A stretch of DNA of 64,000 nucleotides, from contig BEHR01000003.1 in the NCBI GenBank assembly GCA_002898555.1, forward strand, positions 28,289 to 92,288, written 5' to 3'. Both the position numbers and the translations under genes were made by a program. Below the pieces are notes generated by a model. That model was not told the origin of the DNA and made no database searches. It was given only the letters and a program-made list of their open reading frames with translations. Of this stretch, positions 49,504-59,261 are shown one piece after another. Source of the DNA: a bacterium HR15. GTDB taxonomy: Bacteria; Armatimonadota; Fimbriimonadia; Fimbriimonadales; GBS-DC. The stretch's first letter is position 1, and the number at the start of each line of letters is the position of its first letter.

Positions 49504-51120
49504 ATGCCGACCAGTATGCCTCCGCGACCAGGCTTAGTGAGCGTGCTGATACTCCGTCGGGACGGGGTACGGCAGCATTACTGGGTAAAGCCTGAGGGTC
49601 TGCAGGCGTTCATCCGTGCGCAGCAGCGCAAGGGCAATACCGTGCTGAACATGCCTGAACTCCAGCCCATGCTCCAGACCATGCAGCAGCCGATGCTGGA
49701 GGCAAGGCTGCAGCGTGGCTCAGAGCCACTCAGGACACCTGCGGAAGAGCCAACCGCACCAGCTGCTCCCTCTGCGGAAGAGCGTGGCAGCACCGCTGCG
49801 GGGCAGCAAGGGGATATAGTAGAAATCGGACAAGGCGATGATTCCATCTTTGTCTTAAGGAAATACAGGCGATTGTACGAGCAGATGCGCTCCTACCATC
49901 CTGATGCGAGCAAGGTGCTGCTGGCGATGCTGACCAAACGCGCCGATCCAACCCGCACGCTCAGCGCAGGCTACCCCATCGCGCTCTGGGGCCCACCGGG
50001 TGAGGGCAAGACGACCCTGTTCCGCTTACTGAGCCAAATGCCTGATTCCCCGTTCGAAGTGGTCGTCATACCAGCCAGTTCGTTGATGCACGCGGGCGAG
50101 ATTTTCGGTGTACCTGTCACCAAGACAACGGAATCGGGTGATATCGTACTGACCTACGCTCTGCGGGAAGAATTCTCCCCTGATAGGCTGCGTCGCCTCC
50201 GTGAGGAGGGGAAGGTGCTGGTGGTTGTACTGGACGAACTCTTCTTAGCGAGCGATGAGGTCAAGGGGCAAATGCAGACCTTCCTCACCGAGTACCGAAT
50301 CTCAGGTATCAAACCTGAGGATCAGCCACCCTTGCTCCTCGTCGCGACGGGCAACCCTGAAGCAGGTACGGATATGACCACTCCCTTCGCTGACCGATTC
50401 GTGCATCTCCCCTATCGTGGCACGGGAACCAGCCCAGAATTTAGCCCCCACAAGTCAAAACCGCTCTCTCCAGAGGCGCGACAGACTGAAAGCCAAATTA
50501 GACAGTCTCTGAGAGAGATGATAGCAGGGCGTAGACCAAGCGCGATGAGTACGGAAAGTGAGGAAGAGTTCGCCTATGAGAAGGAAATCGGGGCACCGCG
50601 TTTTCCCATCAGTGCGCTTGAGCTGCGTTCGGCATTCATCCATCCCGACCGTCGACGAGTTCCCTCAGATGAATTACTGAGACGCGCCAATATGGTTAAT
50701 TATAAATTCGTGCGTCTTGTGATCGATCGTTTCTATTTCACGCACCAATCGGTTACGAATGCGTTGGAAGCATCGCGTTCCCGTCCTCCGAACCCCCATG
50801 CGGACATCGTTGCTCTGGGGCTTGATCCGAACCAGCGAGCAAGCTTGTTTATGGCTCCCACCTTGCGTCGCATGTTCATGATGGATGACATAATCACATC
50901 CGCGCTCACGATGGGGCTGACGCCCGATGATGACGAGCTATCGGATATTATAGTGCGCAATCTGGGGTATGAGTGCGGCACGGGGCTTCTGCAAGAGCTT
51001 AGGCACGCCATAGAGGAGCTGGGCAAGCCAATGTCCGAAGAGGAAACCATTATCAAGGGACTGATACAGGCACAACTGCCCGATGATATTTGGGATTTGC
51101 CTGGGCTCAGTGAACCTTGA
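49504..51120 (+). CDS. MoxR/dynein-related AAA+ ATPase with shared N-terminal module
   Basis: LWGPPGEGKT Walker A, VVVLDE Walker B, ATGN sensor 1, DRF Arg finger. Confidence 0.85.
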   Translation: MPTSMPPRPGLVSVLILRRDGVRQHYWVKPEGLQAFIRAQQRKGNTVLNMPELQPMLQTMQQPMLEARLQRGSEPLRTPAEEPTAPAAPSAEERGSTAAGQQGDIVEIGQGDDSIFVLRKYRRLYEQMRSYHPDASKVLLAMLTKRADPTRTLSAGYPIALWGPPGEGKTTLFRLLSQMPDSPFEVVVIPASSLMHAGEIFGVPVTKTTESGDIVLTYALREEFSPDRLRRLREEGKVLVVVLDELFLASDEVKGQMQTFLTEYRISGIKPEDQPPLLLVATGNPEAGTDMTTPFADRFVHLPYRGTGTSPEFSPHKSKPLSPEARQTESQIRQSLREMIAGRRPSAMSTESEEEFAYEKEIGAPRFPISALELRSAFIHPDRRRVPSDELLRRANMVNYKFVRLVIDRFYFTHQSVTNALEASRSRPPNPHADIVALGLDPNQRASLFMAPTLRRMFMMDDIITSALTMGLTPDDDELSDIIVRNLGYECGTGLLQELRHAIEELGKPMSEEETIIKGLIQAQLPDDIWDLPGLSEP

Positions 51121-51127
51121 TCAAACG

Positions 51128-51156
51128 GTAGGGGCGACCCACCGGGTCGCCCCTAC
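51128..51156. repeat. REP palindrome, possible terminator
   Basis: gtaggggcgaccc acc gggtcgcccctac. Confidence 0.7.
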
Positions 51157-51255
51157 TTGTGGTGAGGGTATTCGAATTCATCAGCGGCACAAAAATGAGC
51201 AGATTCTACTCACCACTCGCCACCTCGAGACGCGGTAGGGTATGATACACTCACT

Positions 51256-51771
51256 ATGAGCGCACAGAGCAGGCAAACCCCTGCGTGGCTGATTATCCTG
51301 TTGGTCATAGGCGGGTTGTGCTTTCTCGGCATGTGCGTGCTTCTGCCCGCGATTCTGTTTCCCGTCTTTTCACAGGCACGGGAGCGTGCGCGTCAGATCG
51401 CCTGCCTGAGCCATCTAAGGCAACTGGCAACCGCACAGGAGATGTATGCCAACGACTACGACGGTCGCTTCCCCGCTGCCGCGCGCTGGGGCGACCTGAC
51501 CCGTCCCTATGTGGCGGACTCGGAAGCCTATCGCTGCCCATCGGTACCGCAGGGACAGGGCTTCGGCTACGCGATGAATGTAAACCTCTCGCGGAAGAAG
51601 CTGAACGCGCTCCCGAACCCTGCTCAGATACCTCTGCTCTACGATTCGTCTAACCTGGCATGGAACGCGCATGATCCAGTGACCAGTTTGCCGAATCCGC
51701 CCCGTCATCAGCGAGAAGTGAACAATATCGCTTTTGCCGATGGGCATGCCAAAGCTGTCCGTTTGCCCTGA
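51256..51771 (+). CDS. DUF1559 / H-X9-DG domain protein
   Basis: AILFPVFSQARERAR..CLSHLRQL..Y..DYD; HQREVNNIAFADGH. Confidence 0.85.
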   Translation: MSAQSRQTPAWLIILLVIGGLCFLGMCVLLPAILFPVFSQARERARQIACLSHLRQLATAQEMYANDYDGRFPAAARWGDLTRPYVADSEAYRCPSVPQGQGFGYAMNVNLSRKKLNALPNPAQIPLLYDSSNLAWNAHDPVTSLPNPPRHQREVNNIAFADGHAKAVRLP

Positions 51772-52328
51772 TGGAGCCATTGCAGGCGTGGGATCAACAG
51801 GTTCTCTACGCGATTAATCACGGGCTGCACCATCCGTGGCTTAGCCCGCTGATGTGGTTATTCACGAGTTTGGGGCTGGGTTGGGTGCAGCTGCTATTAC
51901 TGCTTGGAGCGACGCTGGCGTTGCGTTGGGAGCGTCGCTGGCGGCGGGTGTTTTTGCCGGGCTTCGTCGCATGGCTGGGCAGCGGAGCAACCGTGCAGGT
52001 TCTAAAGCATCTTTTGCCCCGCGCACGCCCCTCAAACTTGCCCGATGTGCTGGTCGCGCCCGATGAGCGCATCTTTGCCAACTCCTTTCCGTCGGGGCAC
52101 ACGGCGACAGCGTTTGCCATGGCGTGCTGGCTCTGGCTGATGGTGCGTGGCACGCGCTACCGATGGCTGGGCTGGTTGGGCTGGTTGCTGGCGATGCTGG
52201 TGGGGCTGTCGCGCATTTATCGCGGCGTGCATTACCCCTCCGATGTGCTGGCAGGGGCAGCCATTGGTGCTCTGTGGGGGCTAATCGCCTTTTTTTGGCT
52301 AAGCGATTCGGCAAAGCGAAGGCGTTAG
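51771..52328 (+). CDS. PAP2 family phosphatase
   Basis: K..RARP, SFPSGH, SRIYRGVHYPSDV. Confidence 0.92.
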   Translation: MEPLQAWDQQVLYAINHGLHHPWLSPLMWLFTSLGLGWVQLLLLLGATLALRWERRWRRVFLPGFVAWLGSGATVQVLKHLLPRARPSNLPDVLVAPDERIFANSFPSGHTATAFAMACWLWLMVRGTRYRWLGWLGWLLAMLVGLSRIYRGVHYPSDVLAGAAIGALWGLIAFFWLSDSAKRRR

Positions 52329-52378
52329 TTTCGGCTCGGCGGGAGGCGCGCCACCCAGTTGGGGCGTGTCGCTCTCCA

Positions 52379-53110
52379 TCACTTTTGCATATTTGCGATT
52401 TCGCCCTCGATATGCCAGCCGTCAGGTGTGCGGGTTAGGTGCAGCACGCCGATGCCACGCGCGAAAGGCTTCGCCTGAGCCACCCAAACCGTGCCGATGC
52501 GTTCTGGGCGTTCCAGCGGGGTGTGCGAGTGCCCCCCAATAATCAGATCGAATTCGGGGCATGCGGCTGCCAGTTTGCGGTCCTGGTCGATGCCCAGATG
52601 GGTGAGCGCGATGAGCAAATCGACCTGCGGGCGCAGTCGTGTCGCCCATTCGCGTGCGACAGTGAGCGGTGGGTCAAACAGATATGCGCTGAGCCGTGCG
52701 CTCTGCATGCGCGGTGTGACCATCGGTATAGTCAGCCCCACGATGCCGATCTGAACGCCAGCACGCTCGCCCCGCCATACGGATTGCACGGGCAGGGGGG
52801 TATCGGGGTGTTTGGGGCGGATGTTGGCACAGAGTAGCGGACACGGCGCGCCCTGAACCTTTGCCAGAAAGCCCTTCGGCAAGATATGGAACTCGCGATT
52901 GCCGATTGTTATCGCGTCATAGCCCGCTTGGCGTATATAATCCCATTCGGCTGGTGGTTTCATCGGGATGGCGATATTGCCTGTGCGGAGGCAGTCGCCC
53001 GCATCCAGCAAGAGCGCCGCATGTTGCTCCCGCAATTGGCGCAGTTTCTCCACGAAGGGCATCTTCCAACGCCCATGCGCATCGTTTGTGTGCAGAATCG
53101 TCAGCGTCAT
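52379..53110 (-). CDS. Metallophosphoesterase (5'-nucleotidase N-terminal domain only)
   Basis: HTNDAHG, DAGD, GNRE, THLG, GGHSH. Confidence 0.88.
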   Translation of the reverse strand: MTLTILHTNDAHGRWKMPFVEKLRQLREQHAALLLDAGDCLRTGNIAIPMKPPAEWDYIRQAGYDAITIGNREFHILPKGFLAKVQGAPCPLLCANIRPKHPDTPLPVQSVWRGERAGVQIGIVGLTIPMVTPRMQSARLSAYLFDPPLTVAREWATRLRPQVDLLIALTHLGIDQDRKLAAACPEFDLIIGGHSHTPLERPERIGTVWVAQAKPFARGIGVLHLTRTPDGWHIEGEIANMQK

Positions 53111-53913
53111 CGGCAGGCGTCCATCCATGCGCGAATGAGCGGACGCGGGTCATCCGCCCGCATCAGCGTCTCACCGACCAAGATCGCCTTCACACCCGCC
53201 TGCTGGAGTGCACGCACCTGTTCGGCGGTCTCGATACCGCTCTCGCTGACCACCAGCACCTCAGGTGGCACACGCGGTAGCAGGTCAAAGGTGGTCTGCA
53301 GGGTGGTTTCGAAGGTATGCAAGTTGCGGTTGTTGATTCCGACGAGGGTCGCACCGCTGGCAAGGGCGCGTTCCAGTTCTGCTTCCGTATGTACTTCTAC
53401 CAGCGTGTCCAGCCCCAACGATTCGGCAAGCTCACGCCATTCACGCAAGGCAGCGTCGCTTTCTATCGCCGCCACAATCAGCAGGATCGCATCCGCGCCC
53501 ATCACGCGGCTCTCATAAATCTGAAAGGGGTCTACAATAAAATCTTTGCGCAGCAGCGGCAGGCTCACATGCGGGCGAATAAGGTTCAGGTACTCCAGCC
53601 GTCCCCCGAAATAGGGTTCATCGGTCAAGATGCTGAGCGCGTCTGCTCCTGCCTCTTGGTAGCGCAGGGCGACGGTGAGCGGGTCAAACTCCTGCCGAAT
53701 GACCCCCTTGCTGGGCGAGGCGCGTTTCACTTCCGCAATCAGCGCGATGGGGTTGGGCGTATGGCGCAGGGCCTGTCCAAAGCTGCGCGTTGAGGGCAGG
53801 TCCACCAGCCGTGCCCGCAACTCCCGCTCTGGCAATCGCGCCCGCCGCGCCACGACCTCCGCTCGTTTCGATTCGATAATCCGCGCGAGAATGGTCATCA
53901 CTGTCCACGCCAT
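53107..53913 (-). CDS. trpC: Indole-3-glycerol phosphate synthase
   Basis: IAEVKRASPSKG, LRKDFI, GINNRNL, SESGI. Confidence 0.96.
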   Translation of the reverse strand: MAWTVMTILARIIESKRAEVVARRARLPERELRARLVDLPSTRSFGQALRHTPNPIALIAEVKRASPSKGVIRQEFDPLTVALRYQEAGADALSILTDEPYFGGRLEYLNLIRPHVSLPLLRKDFIVDPFQIYESRVMGADAILLIVAAIESDAALREWRELAESLGLDTLVEVHTEAELERALASGATLVGINNRNLHTFETTLQTTFDLLPRVPPEVLVVSESGIETAEQVRALQQAGVKAILVGETLMRADDPRPLIRAWMDACR

Positions 53914-54485
53914 GTCGCTTTCTGAATAACACTGAACCGATCCTTTACACCAAACTCCTCGTAAAGCTCTTTGGTTAACGAGCCGGTAGGATAGTTAGTT
54001 TTCTCTTGAATAAAAATCAATTCGCTTACCACCAGCATAAATTCAACGCTAAATTCGCCTACGGCATCCAGTGCCTTGAAGGGCTGCTCATGTCCAGGTT
54101 GATAAATCTGCAGTGAAGGTGGAAATTTATTGACTGGTTTTATTTTAGAGAAAACATCAAGCAAATGATTTCTTAGTTGGTGTGTAAGGTCGCGATTATA
54201 AGCTTCTTTCACATAGAGTTCGACGATTAGATGAACATGCTTCGGTGTACGCCATCTCCCGCTACGCTTCGGATCCCTGAAGCGAACCATGAAGTCATGG
54301 GGTGAATTAGATTTTTGTCCTTGCCTCACAGCAATTTCTATACCATCTTGAGTCGTATGGATTAGATGGTTTCCAGCAAGCCTTAGAAGCCATTGCTGAA
54401 CTCCATTCCATAGCCATGCCCATAACGGGCCCAGATCTCTTTGCCACCGAGCGGGATTAAGAATCAACGCGACCTGTTTGACCAT
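53898..54485 (-). CDS. Hypothetical protein, possible restriction endonuclease
   Basis: AT-rich; overlaps the MTase 3' end; PKHVH and IQEKTNY motifs. Confidence 0.55.
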   Translation of the reverse strand: MVKQVALILNPARWQRDLGPLWAWLWNGVQQWLLRLAGNHLIHTTQDGIEIAVRQGQKSNSPHDFMVRFRDPKRSGRWRTPKHVHLIVELYVKEAYNRDLTHQLRNHLLDVFSKIKPVNKFPPSLQIYQPGHEQPFKALDAVGEFSVEFMLVVSELIFIQEKTNYPTGSLTKELYEEFGVKDRFSVIQKATWRGQ

Positions 54486-55416
54486 TGAGCATGCTCCCCT
54501 CAAATTTGCGTAAATCCTCACCCGTGTCAGGTTTTCGGAAAATGAACAGATGTTCATGGAAGATGAGCATAAAATCGTGGTCGCGTCCTATACCCCATCG
54601 TTCACGGGTGGATTTCATTTTCCACTGAACCTTGATGATATCCTCGCGTAAGATAAAGCCGACTTTCAAAAACCGCTCCATCACACGATAGGCAACTGGA
54701 ACATAGTGTTTATGCTTTCTCGTATCGCCGATCAGGATAGCACAGTGTTTGTTCGGCTTTAGGACGCGATAGCACTCGCTTGCGACCTGTTCCATTGCAT
54801 CCAGGAAATCTTCCAGTGAGCGTAGCAGCGATAGATCGCCCTCAACAGGGCTGTGTTTAGAATAGGTTATCATACGGGCATAAGGCGGATGAGTTGCCAC
54901 GAGGTCAATCGTGTTGTCCGCTATTTGGTTGAGCCATCTGGCATCCCCATGATAGACATGAATCTCTGAAGGAGGCAGCTGCTCATATAGATTGGTTGGC
55001 TCGAAGTTCAAACGATCCAGAGTGAGCATTAACGCGTGCGGATTGATATCCACCCCAATACCATTACGCCCAAGCAAGCGGCATTCGACAAGGGTTGTGC
55101 CACTGCCGACCATCGGGTCAAGCACCCATTCGCTCGGCTGGGTGTATCGCAAGATGAGATTGCGCGGTATTTGTGGGGCCCAGTTCCCACGGTAATCCCC
55201 TTGATGGGTTGCCCAATTCCCACGCTCAGGAAACGACCAAACTGTGGTGCGTTCCAACTCAAAGTTCTCAGGATGGAAGCACTCTACTTGTTTGCGGCCA
55301 GTAAGTGGGATATGGATGTCCTCGATGACCACCTCTCGCTGTTCGTTCACGAACCGCTGGTATTCATCCCAGCCTATTTCGGTCATCGGTATTCTATCGG
55401 TTCCAGTGGTTACCAT
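54457..55416 (-). CDS. N4/N6 amino DNA methyltransferase
   Basis: VLDPMVGSGTT motif I precedes THPPY motif IV; HEHLFIFRK. Confidence 0.85.
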   Translation of the reverse strand: MVTTGTDRIPMTEIGWDEYQRFVNEQREVVIEDIHIPLTGRKQVECFHPENFELERTTVWSFPERGNWATHQGDYRGNWAPQIPRNLILRYTQPSEWVLDPMVGSGTTLVECRLLGRNGIGVDINPHALMLTLDRLNFEPTNLYEQLPPSEIHVYHGDARWLNQIADNTIDLVATHPPYARMITYSKHSPVEGDLSLLRSLEDFLDAMEQVASECYRVLKPNKHCAILIGDTRKHKHYVPVAYRVMERFLKVGFILREDIIKVQWKMKSTRERWGIGRDHDFMLIFHEHLFIFRKPDTGEDLRKFEGSMLNGQTGRVDS

Positions 55417-55443
55417 GCAACTCATTATACCCTGTGCCATGAG

Positions 55444-55467
55444 AAAGGGCGCGGTGGAACCGCGCCC
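55444..55467 (-). terminator. sufB terminator
   Basis: gggcgcgg/ccgcgccc stem followed by TTT. Confidence 0.55.
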
Positions 55468-55500
55468 TCGGGATGCCCACTTCGTTGCGTTCGGAGCGGC

Positions 55501-56910
55501 TTAGCCTACAGAGCCTTCCATCTCCAGTTCGATCAGGCGGTTTAGCTCGACGGCGTACTCCATAGGCAGCTGTTTTGCCAGTGGCTCGATGAAGCCCGAT
55601 ACAATCAGCGTGAGTGCCTCATCTTTTTTGAGCCCGCGGCTTTGCAGGTAGAACAGCTGCTCCTCACTGACCTTACTCACTCGTGCCTCGTGCCCGATAG
55701 TCACTTGCTGTTCGTTGACCTCGATATAGGGGTAGGTGTCGGTGCGGGCGTTTTCGTCGAGCAGCAGTGCGTCGCACTCCACATTGCATTTGCTATGATG
55801 TGCGCCTTCCAGCACCTGCACCAGCCCGCGATAGGAGGCGCGCCCGGTGCCTTTGGAGATCGACTTGGAGGTGATGCGGCTGCTGGTATAGGGCGCGGCG
55901 TGGATGGCTTTGCCACCTGTATCTTGATGCTGTCCATCACCCGCGAAGGCGACCGACAGCACCTCCCCGCGCGCGCCCGGCTCCAACAGATAGACCGACG
56001 GGTACTTCATCGTGACGCGGCTCCCAATATTGCCGTCCACCCATTCCATCACGGCGTCACCATAGACCACGGAGCGCTTCGTCACAAGGTTATACACATC
56101 CTTGGACCAGTTCTGGATGGTGGTGTAGCGCACGCGCGCGCCACGCTTCACGATAATCTCCACGACTGCGCTGTGCAGCGCTTCCTCGGCATACACAGGG
56201 GCAGTGCATCCCTCCACATAGTGGACGAACGCGCCTTCCTCCGCGATAATCAGCGTGCGTTCGAACTGACCTGCGTTTTTCGCATTAATGCGGAAATACG
56301 CCTGCAAGGGAATTTCGACATGCACGCCTGCGGGCACATAGACGAACGAGCCGCCCGACCAGACCGCCGAGTTCAGCGCGGCGAACTTGTTATCATGGGG
56401 TGGGATGACCGTGCCGAAATATTCGCGCACCAGATCGGGGTACTTTTGCACAGCGGTATCGGTGTCCACGAAGATGACGCCCTGCTTTTCAAGGTCTTCT
56501 CGCAGGCGATGATAGATCACCTCGCTGTCATACTGCGCACCGACACCTGCCAGGAACTTACGCTCCCATTCGGGGATGCCCAGGCGGTCAAAGGTGCGCT
56601 TGATTTCCTCTGGCACCTCGTCCCAGCTGCGTCCCTTTCGGTCGGTCGGCTTGATATAGTACACGATTTCGTCGAAGTTCAGCCCCGACAGGTCGGGCCC
56701 CCATGAAGGCATCGGCTTGCTGAGAAAAATCTCGTAGGCACGCAGCCGAAACTCGCGCATCCACTTTGGCTCGTTCTTCTCGTAAGAGATTGCCTCCACC
56801 ACCCGGCGGCTCAGCCCGTGCCCTGTCTGGAACACAGGCTGGATCGCATCGTAGAAGCCGTATTTGTGGAGGTAATCCTCACCAATTCCCAAAACCTCTG
56901 GCTTTGCCAT
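55501..56910 (-). CDS. sufB: Fe-S cluster assembly protein SufB
   Basis: [37 protein letters not shown]. Confidence 0.97.
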   Translation of the reverse strand: MAKPEVLGIGEDYLHKYGFYDAIQPVFQTGHGLSRRVVEAISYEKNEPKWMREFRLRAYEIFLSKPMPSWGPDLSGLNFDEIVYYIKPTDRKGRSWDEVPEEIKRTFDRLGIPEWERKFLAGVGAQYDSEVIYHRLREDLEKQGVIFVDTDTAVQKYPDLVREYFGTVIPPHDNKFAALNSAVWSGGSFVYVPAGVHVEIPLQAYFRINAKNAGQFERTLIIAEEGAFVHYVEGCTAPVYAEEALHSAVVEIIVKRGARVRYTTIQNWSKDVYNLVTKRSVVYGDAVMEWVDGNIGSRVTMKYPSVYLLEPGARGEVLSVAFAGDGQHQDTGGKAIHAAPYTSSRITSKSISKGTGRASYRGLVQVLEGAHHSKCNVECDALLLDENARTDTYPYIEVNEQQVTIGHEARVSKVSEEQLFYLQSRGLKKDEALTLIVSGFIEPLAKQLPMEYAVELNRLIELEMEGSVG

Positions 56911-56913
56911 TGC

Positions 56914-57699
56914 TTATCCCTCCTGTACGACGCCTGCCAGTTCGCTGCGCACCCAATCGTAGCCTTGCGCTTCGAGCTGCAACGCCAGTTCGGGTCCGCC
57001 GGAGCGCACGATGCGCCCATCTACCATCACATGCACATAATCGGGCGTGATGTAGTTCAGTATGCGCTGATAATGCGTGATGACGAGAAAGGCGCGATCG
57101 GGCGAGCGCATGCTGTTCACGCCGTTTGCCACCACTTTCAGCGCGTCGATATCCAGCCCCGAATCGGTCTCGTCCAGAATAGCGAGCCCCGGTTCCAGCA
57201 ACGACATCTGCACGATTTCGAACCGCTTCTTTTCGCCGCCGGAGAAGCCTTCGTTCACCGCGCGACTGGCGAAAGAGGCGTCCATCTCCAGCTTTTTGAG
57301 ATGCTCCAGTAAAATCCTATAGAACTCGGTGTATTTCACCTCGCGGTTGAAGCGCCGCTGATATGCCAATCGCAAGAAGTTGGCGATGGTGACTCCGGGC
57401 ACCTCCATGGGGTACTGGAACGCGAGGAACAGCCCTGCGCGCGCCCGCTCATCAGGCTCCATTTCCAGCAGGTCCTCGCCGCGGAAGCGCACCTCGCCAC
57501 GAATCACCTCATAACCCTCGTGCCCCGCAAGCACCTTTGCCAGCGTCGACTTGCCCGAGCCGTTCGGACCCATCAGCGCGTGTACCTCCCCCGCGTCAAG
57601 GGTCAGGTTCACCCCGCGCAAAATAGGCTCCTCCTCGTCAGGCAGTTTGACCCACAAATCGCGTATCTCCAAAAGCGGTATCCCGTTGCTCACTTCCAA
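56914..57699 (-). CDS. sufC: Fe-S assembly ATPase SufC
   Basis: [35 protein letters not shown]. Confidence 0.97.
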   Translation of the reverse strand: MEVSNGIPLLEIRDLWVKLPDEEEPILRGVNLTLDAGEVHALMGPNGSGKSTLAKVLAGHEGYEVIRGEVRFRGEDLLEMEPDERARAGLFLAFQYPMEVPGVTIANFLRLAYQRRFNREVKYTEFYRILLEHLKKLEMDASFASRAVNEGFSGGEKKRFEIVQMSLLEPGLAILDETDSGLDIDALKVVANGVNSMRSPDRAFLVITHYQRILNYITPDYVHVMVDGRIVRSGGPELALQLEAQGYDWVRSELAGVVQEG

Positions 57700-57709
57700 C
57701 CTCCTGTTG

Positions 57710-57753
57710 TTTAGCCTGACTAAATATTACCCGATGGAAGACGGCTTTGTCAA
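57710..57753 (-). promoter_or_regulatory. suf promoter and operator
   Basis: TTGACA-N18-TAATAT followed by TTAGTCAGGCTAAA. Confidence 0.6.
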
Positions 57754-57760
57754 GGGGGAG

Positions 57761-58100
57761 GAGGATGTTCGAAAAATCCACCAAGCATTTGGAGGGCGAG
57801 CCTCCTGGCGAGCTGAACCCTCACCCCCAACCCCTCTCCCAGAGGGCGAGGGGAGTGGAGGGCGAGCCTCCCAGCGTGTAGGGGCTGACCTCCGTACAAA
57901 ATTTTCTTTTCCGACCCAGACGCAAAATTTTTTTCTCTGACCCAGACGGCAAAAACGGCTCGGCGGGAGCCTCGCCCTCCAAGCTCGGCTCGGCGGGAGC
58001 CTCGCCCTCCAAGCTCGGCTCGGTGGGAGCCTCGCCCTCCAATCTCGGCTCGGCGGGAGCCTCGCCCTCCAGCAAGCCGTATGAATTTTCGAACACCCTC
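57761..58100. mobile_element. MITE-like element D
   Basis: TIR gaggatgttcgaaaa / ttttcgaacaccctc; four tandem 30-bp REP units from 57956. Confidence 0.75.
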
Positions 58101-58294
58101 CCTTATCCCTTGACAGGGTAGACAAATGATGGTGTACAATATTCTACATGATGGGAGCCATTGCTCCATCTGCTGTTCGTATCTAAGCGGAGCGTAAGCC
58201 CGCCTGTTCAACGGGTGGGCTGGGATGAACCCCCTTCCCACGCATGGGGAGGGGGGAACACCTATATCATTAAACTTACAGGAGGCGAAAAGCA

Positions 58295-58930
58295 ATGGCA
58301 AAAGGGCTAACGAAGCAACAGAAGGCGATTTTGCAGTTCATCGTGCGCTTCACGCGCGAGCACGGCTACCCACCAACTCTGCGCGAGATTCAGCAAAGCA
58401 TCGGCACGGTCAAAAGCTTGCGTGGCGTAGCGCTCCACCTGGACGCGCTGCAACGCAAGGGCTATATCGAGCGCGGCAGCCAAGCACGCTCCATCCGCAT
58501 CATCCATCCCGATTATCAGCCCAACCGCGAACGGGTCGCCTATTTGCCCCTGCTTGGCACCATCGCGGCAGGTACACCCATCCTCGCTGAGCAGAACATC
58601 GAGGACTTGATCCCTGTGCCTGCGGATATGGTGCGCAATGTGGAGAACGCCTTTCTGCTGCGGGTCAAGGGCGACAGTATGGTGGGCGAGCATATCCTCC
58701 CGCGTGACCTGGTCATTATCAAGCCGCAGCAGACCGCATATAATGGCGAACTGGTCGCTGTGCTGGTGGGTGACGAGGCGACGATTAAGCGCATCTTCTA
58801 TGAGCGCCGCTATGTGCGCCTCGAATCGGCAAACCCTGCCTATGAACCCATCCGTGTGCCGGCCGATGAAGCGCGGGTCATCGGGAAGGTCATCGGGCTG
58901 ATACGCGACTATGGACAGATGAGCATGTGA
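58295..58930 (+). CDS. lexA: LexA repressor
   Basis: GYPPTLREI, IAAG cleavage site, GDSM, ATIKR. Confidence 0.96.
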   Translation: MAKGLTKQQKAILQFIVRFTREHGYPPTLREIQQSIGTVKSLRGVALHLDALQRKGYIERGSQARSIRIIHPDYQPNRERVAYLPLLGTIAAGTPILAEQNIEDLIPVPADMVRNVENAFLLRVKGDSMVGEHILPRDLVIIKPQQTAYNGELVAVLVGDEATIKRIFYERRYVRLESANPAYEPIRVPADEARVIGKVIGLIRDYGQMSM

Positions 58931-58934
58931 GCTT

Positions 58935-59261
58935 TTACCAGCCCTGTACCGGTTCCCAGTGGCGGCTGGCGTAATCGGCGAACGCGAAGGCGAACATAAT
59001 AATCAGCCAGAAAAAGCCTGCCCCAGCAAACAGCCACGCCAGCTTGCTGCTGAAGCGTACATGCATGAAGTTCATAATCACAATGGTCGCCTTCGTCACG
59101 GCAATCGTCAGCGCGACGGCGATACCAAGCCAGTCGGGCAGCTTCAAAAAACCTGCCCATACCGTGACCACCAGTAGCACCATCAACACCCAAAGCGTCT
59201 TCGCATAGAACGAGACGCGCTGCGCATGGGTATGTTCTTCATGAGAATGCGCTGCCATCAT
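58935..59261 (-). CDS. Cytochrome c oxidase subunit IV
   Basis: IAVTKA..FMH; 3 TM helices. Confidence 0.85.
   Translation of the reverse strand: MMAAHSHEEHTHAQRVSFYAKTLWVLMVLLVVTVWAGFLKLPDWLGIAVALTIAVTKATIVIMNFMHVRFSSKLAWLFAGAGFFWLIIMFAFAFADYASRHWEPVQGW

Noticed and set aside
49667-49682. Partial resemblance of spacer 1 reverse complement to the AAA gene
   Set aside because: Short, gapped match at chance level.
47799-51120. Calling the array-adjacent genes cas genes
   Set aside because: No Cas1, RAMP, HD, RuvC or HEPN motifs were recognised.
46668-53110. 5'-nucleotidase split into two halves by insertion of the CRISPR locus
   Set aside because: The halves are on opposite strands, other genes intervene, and only the C-domain protein has a signal peptide.
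57956-58071. Four tandem ~30-bp repeats as a CRISPR array
   Set aside because: No unique spacers; the same unit is dispersed as a REP inside MITEs.
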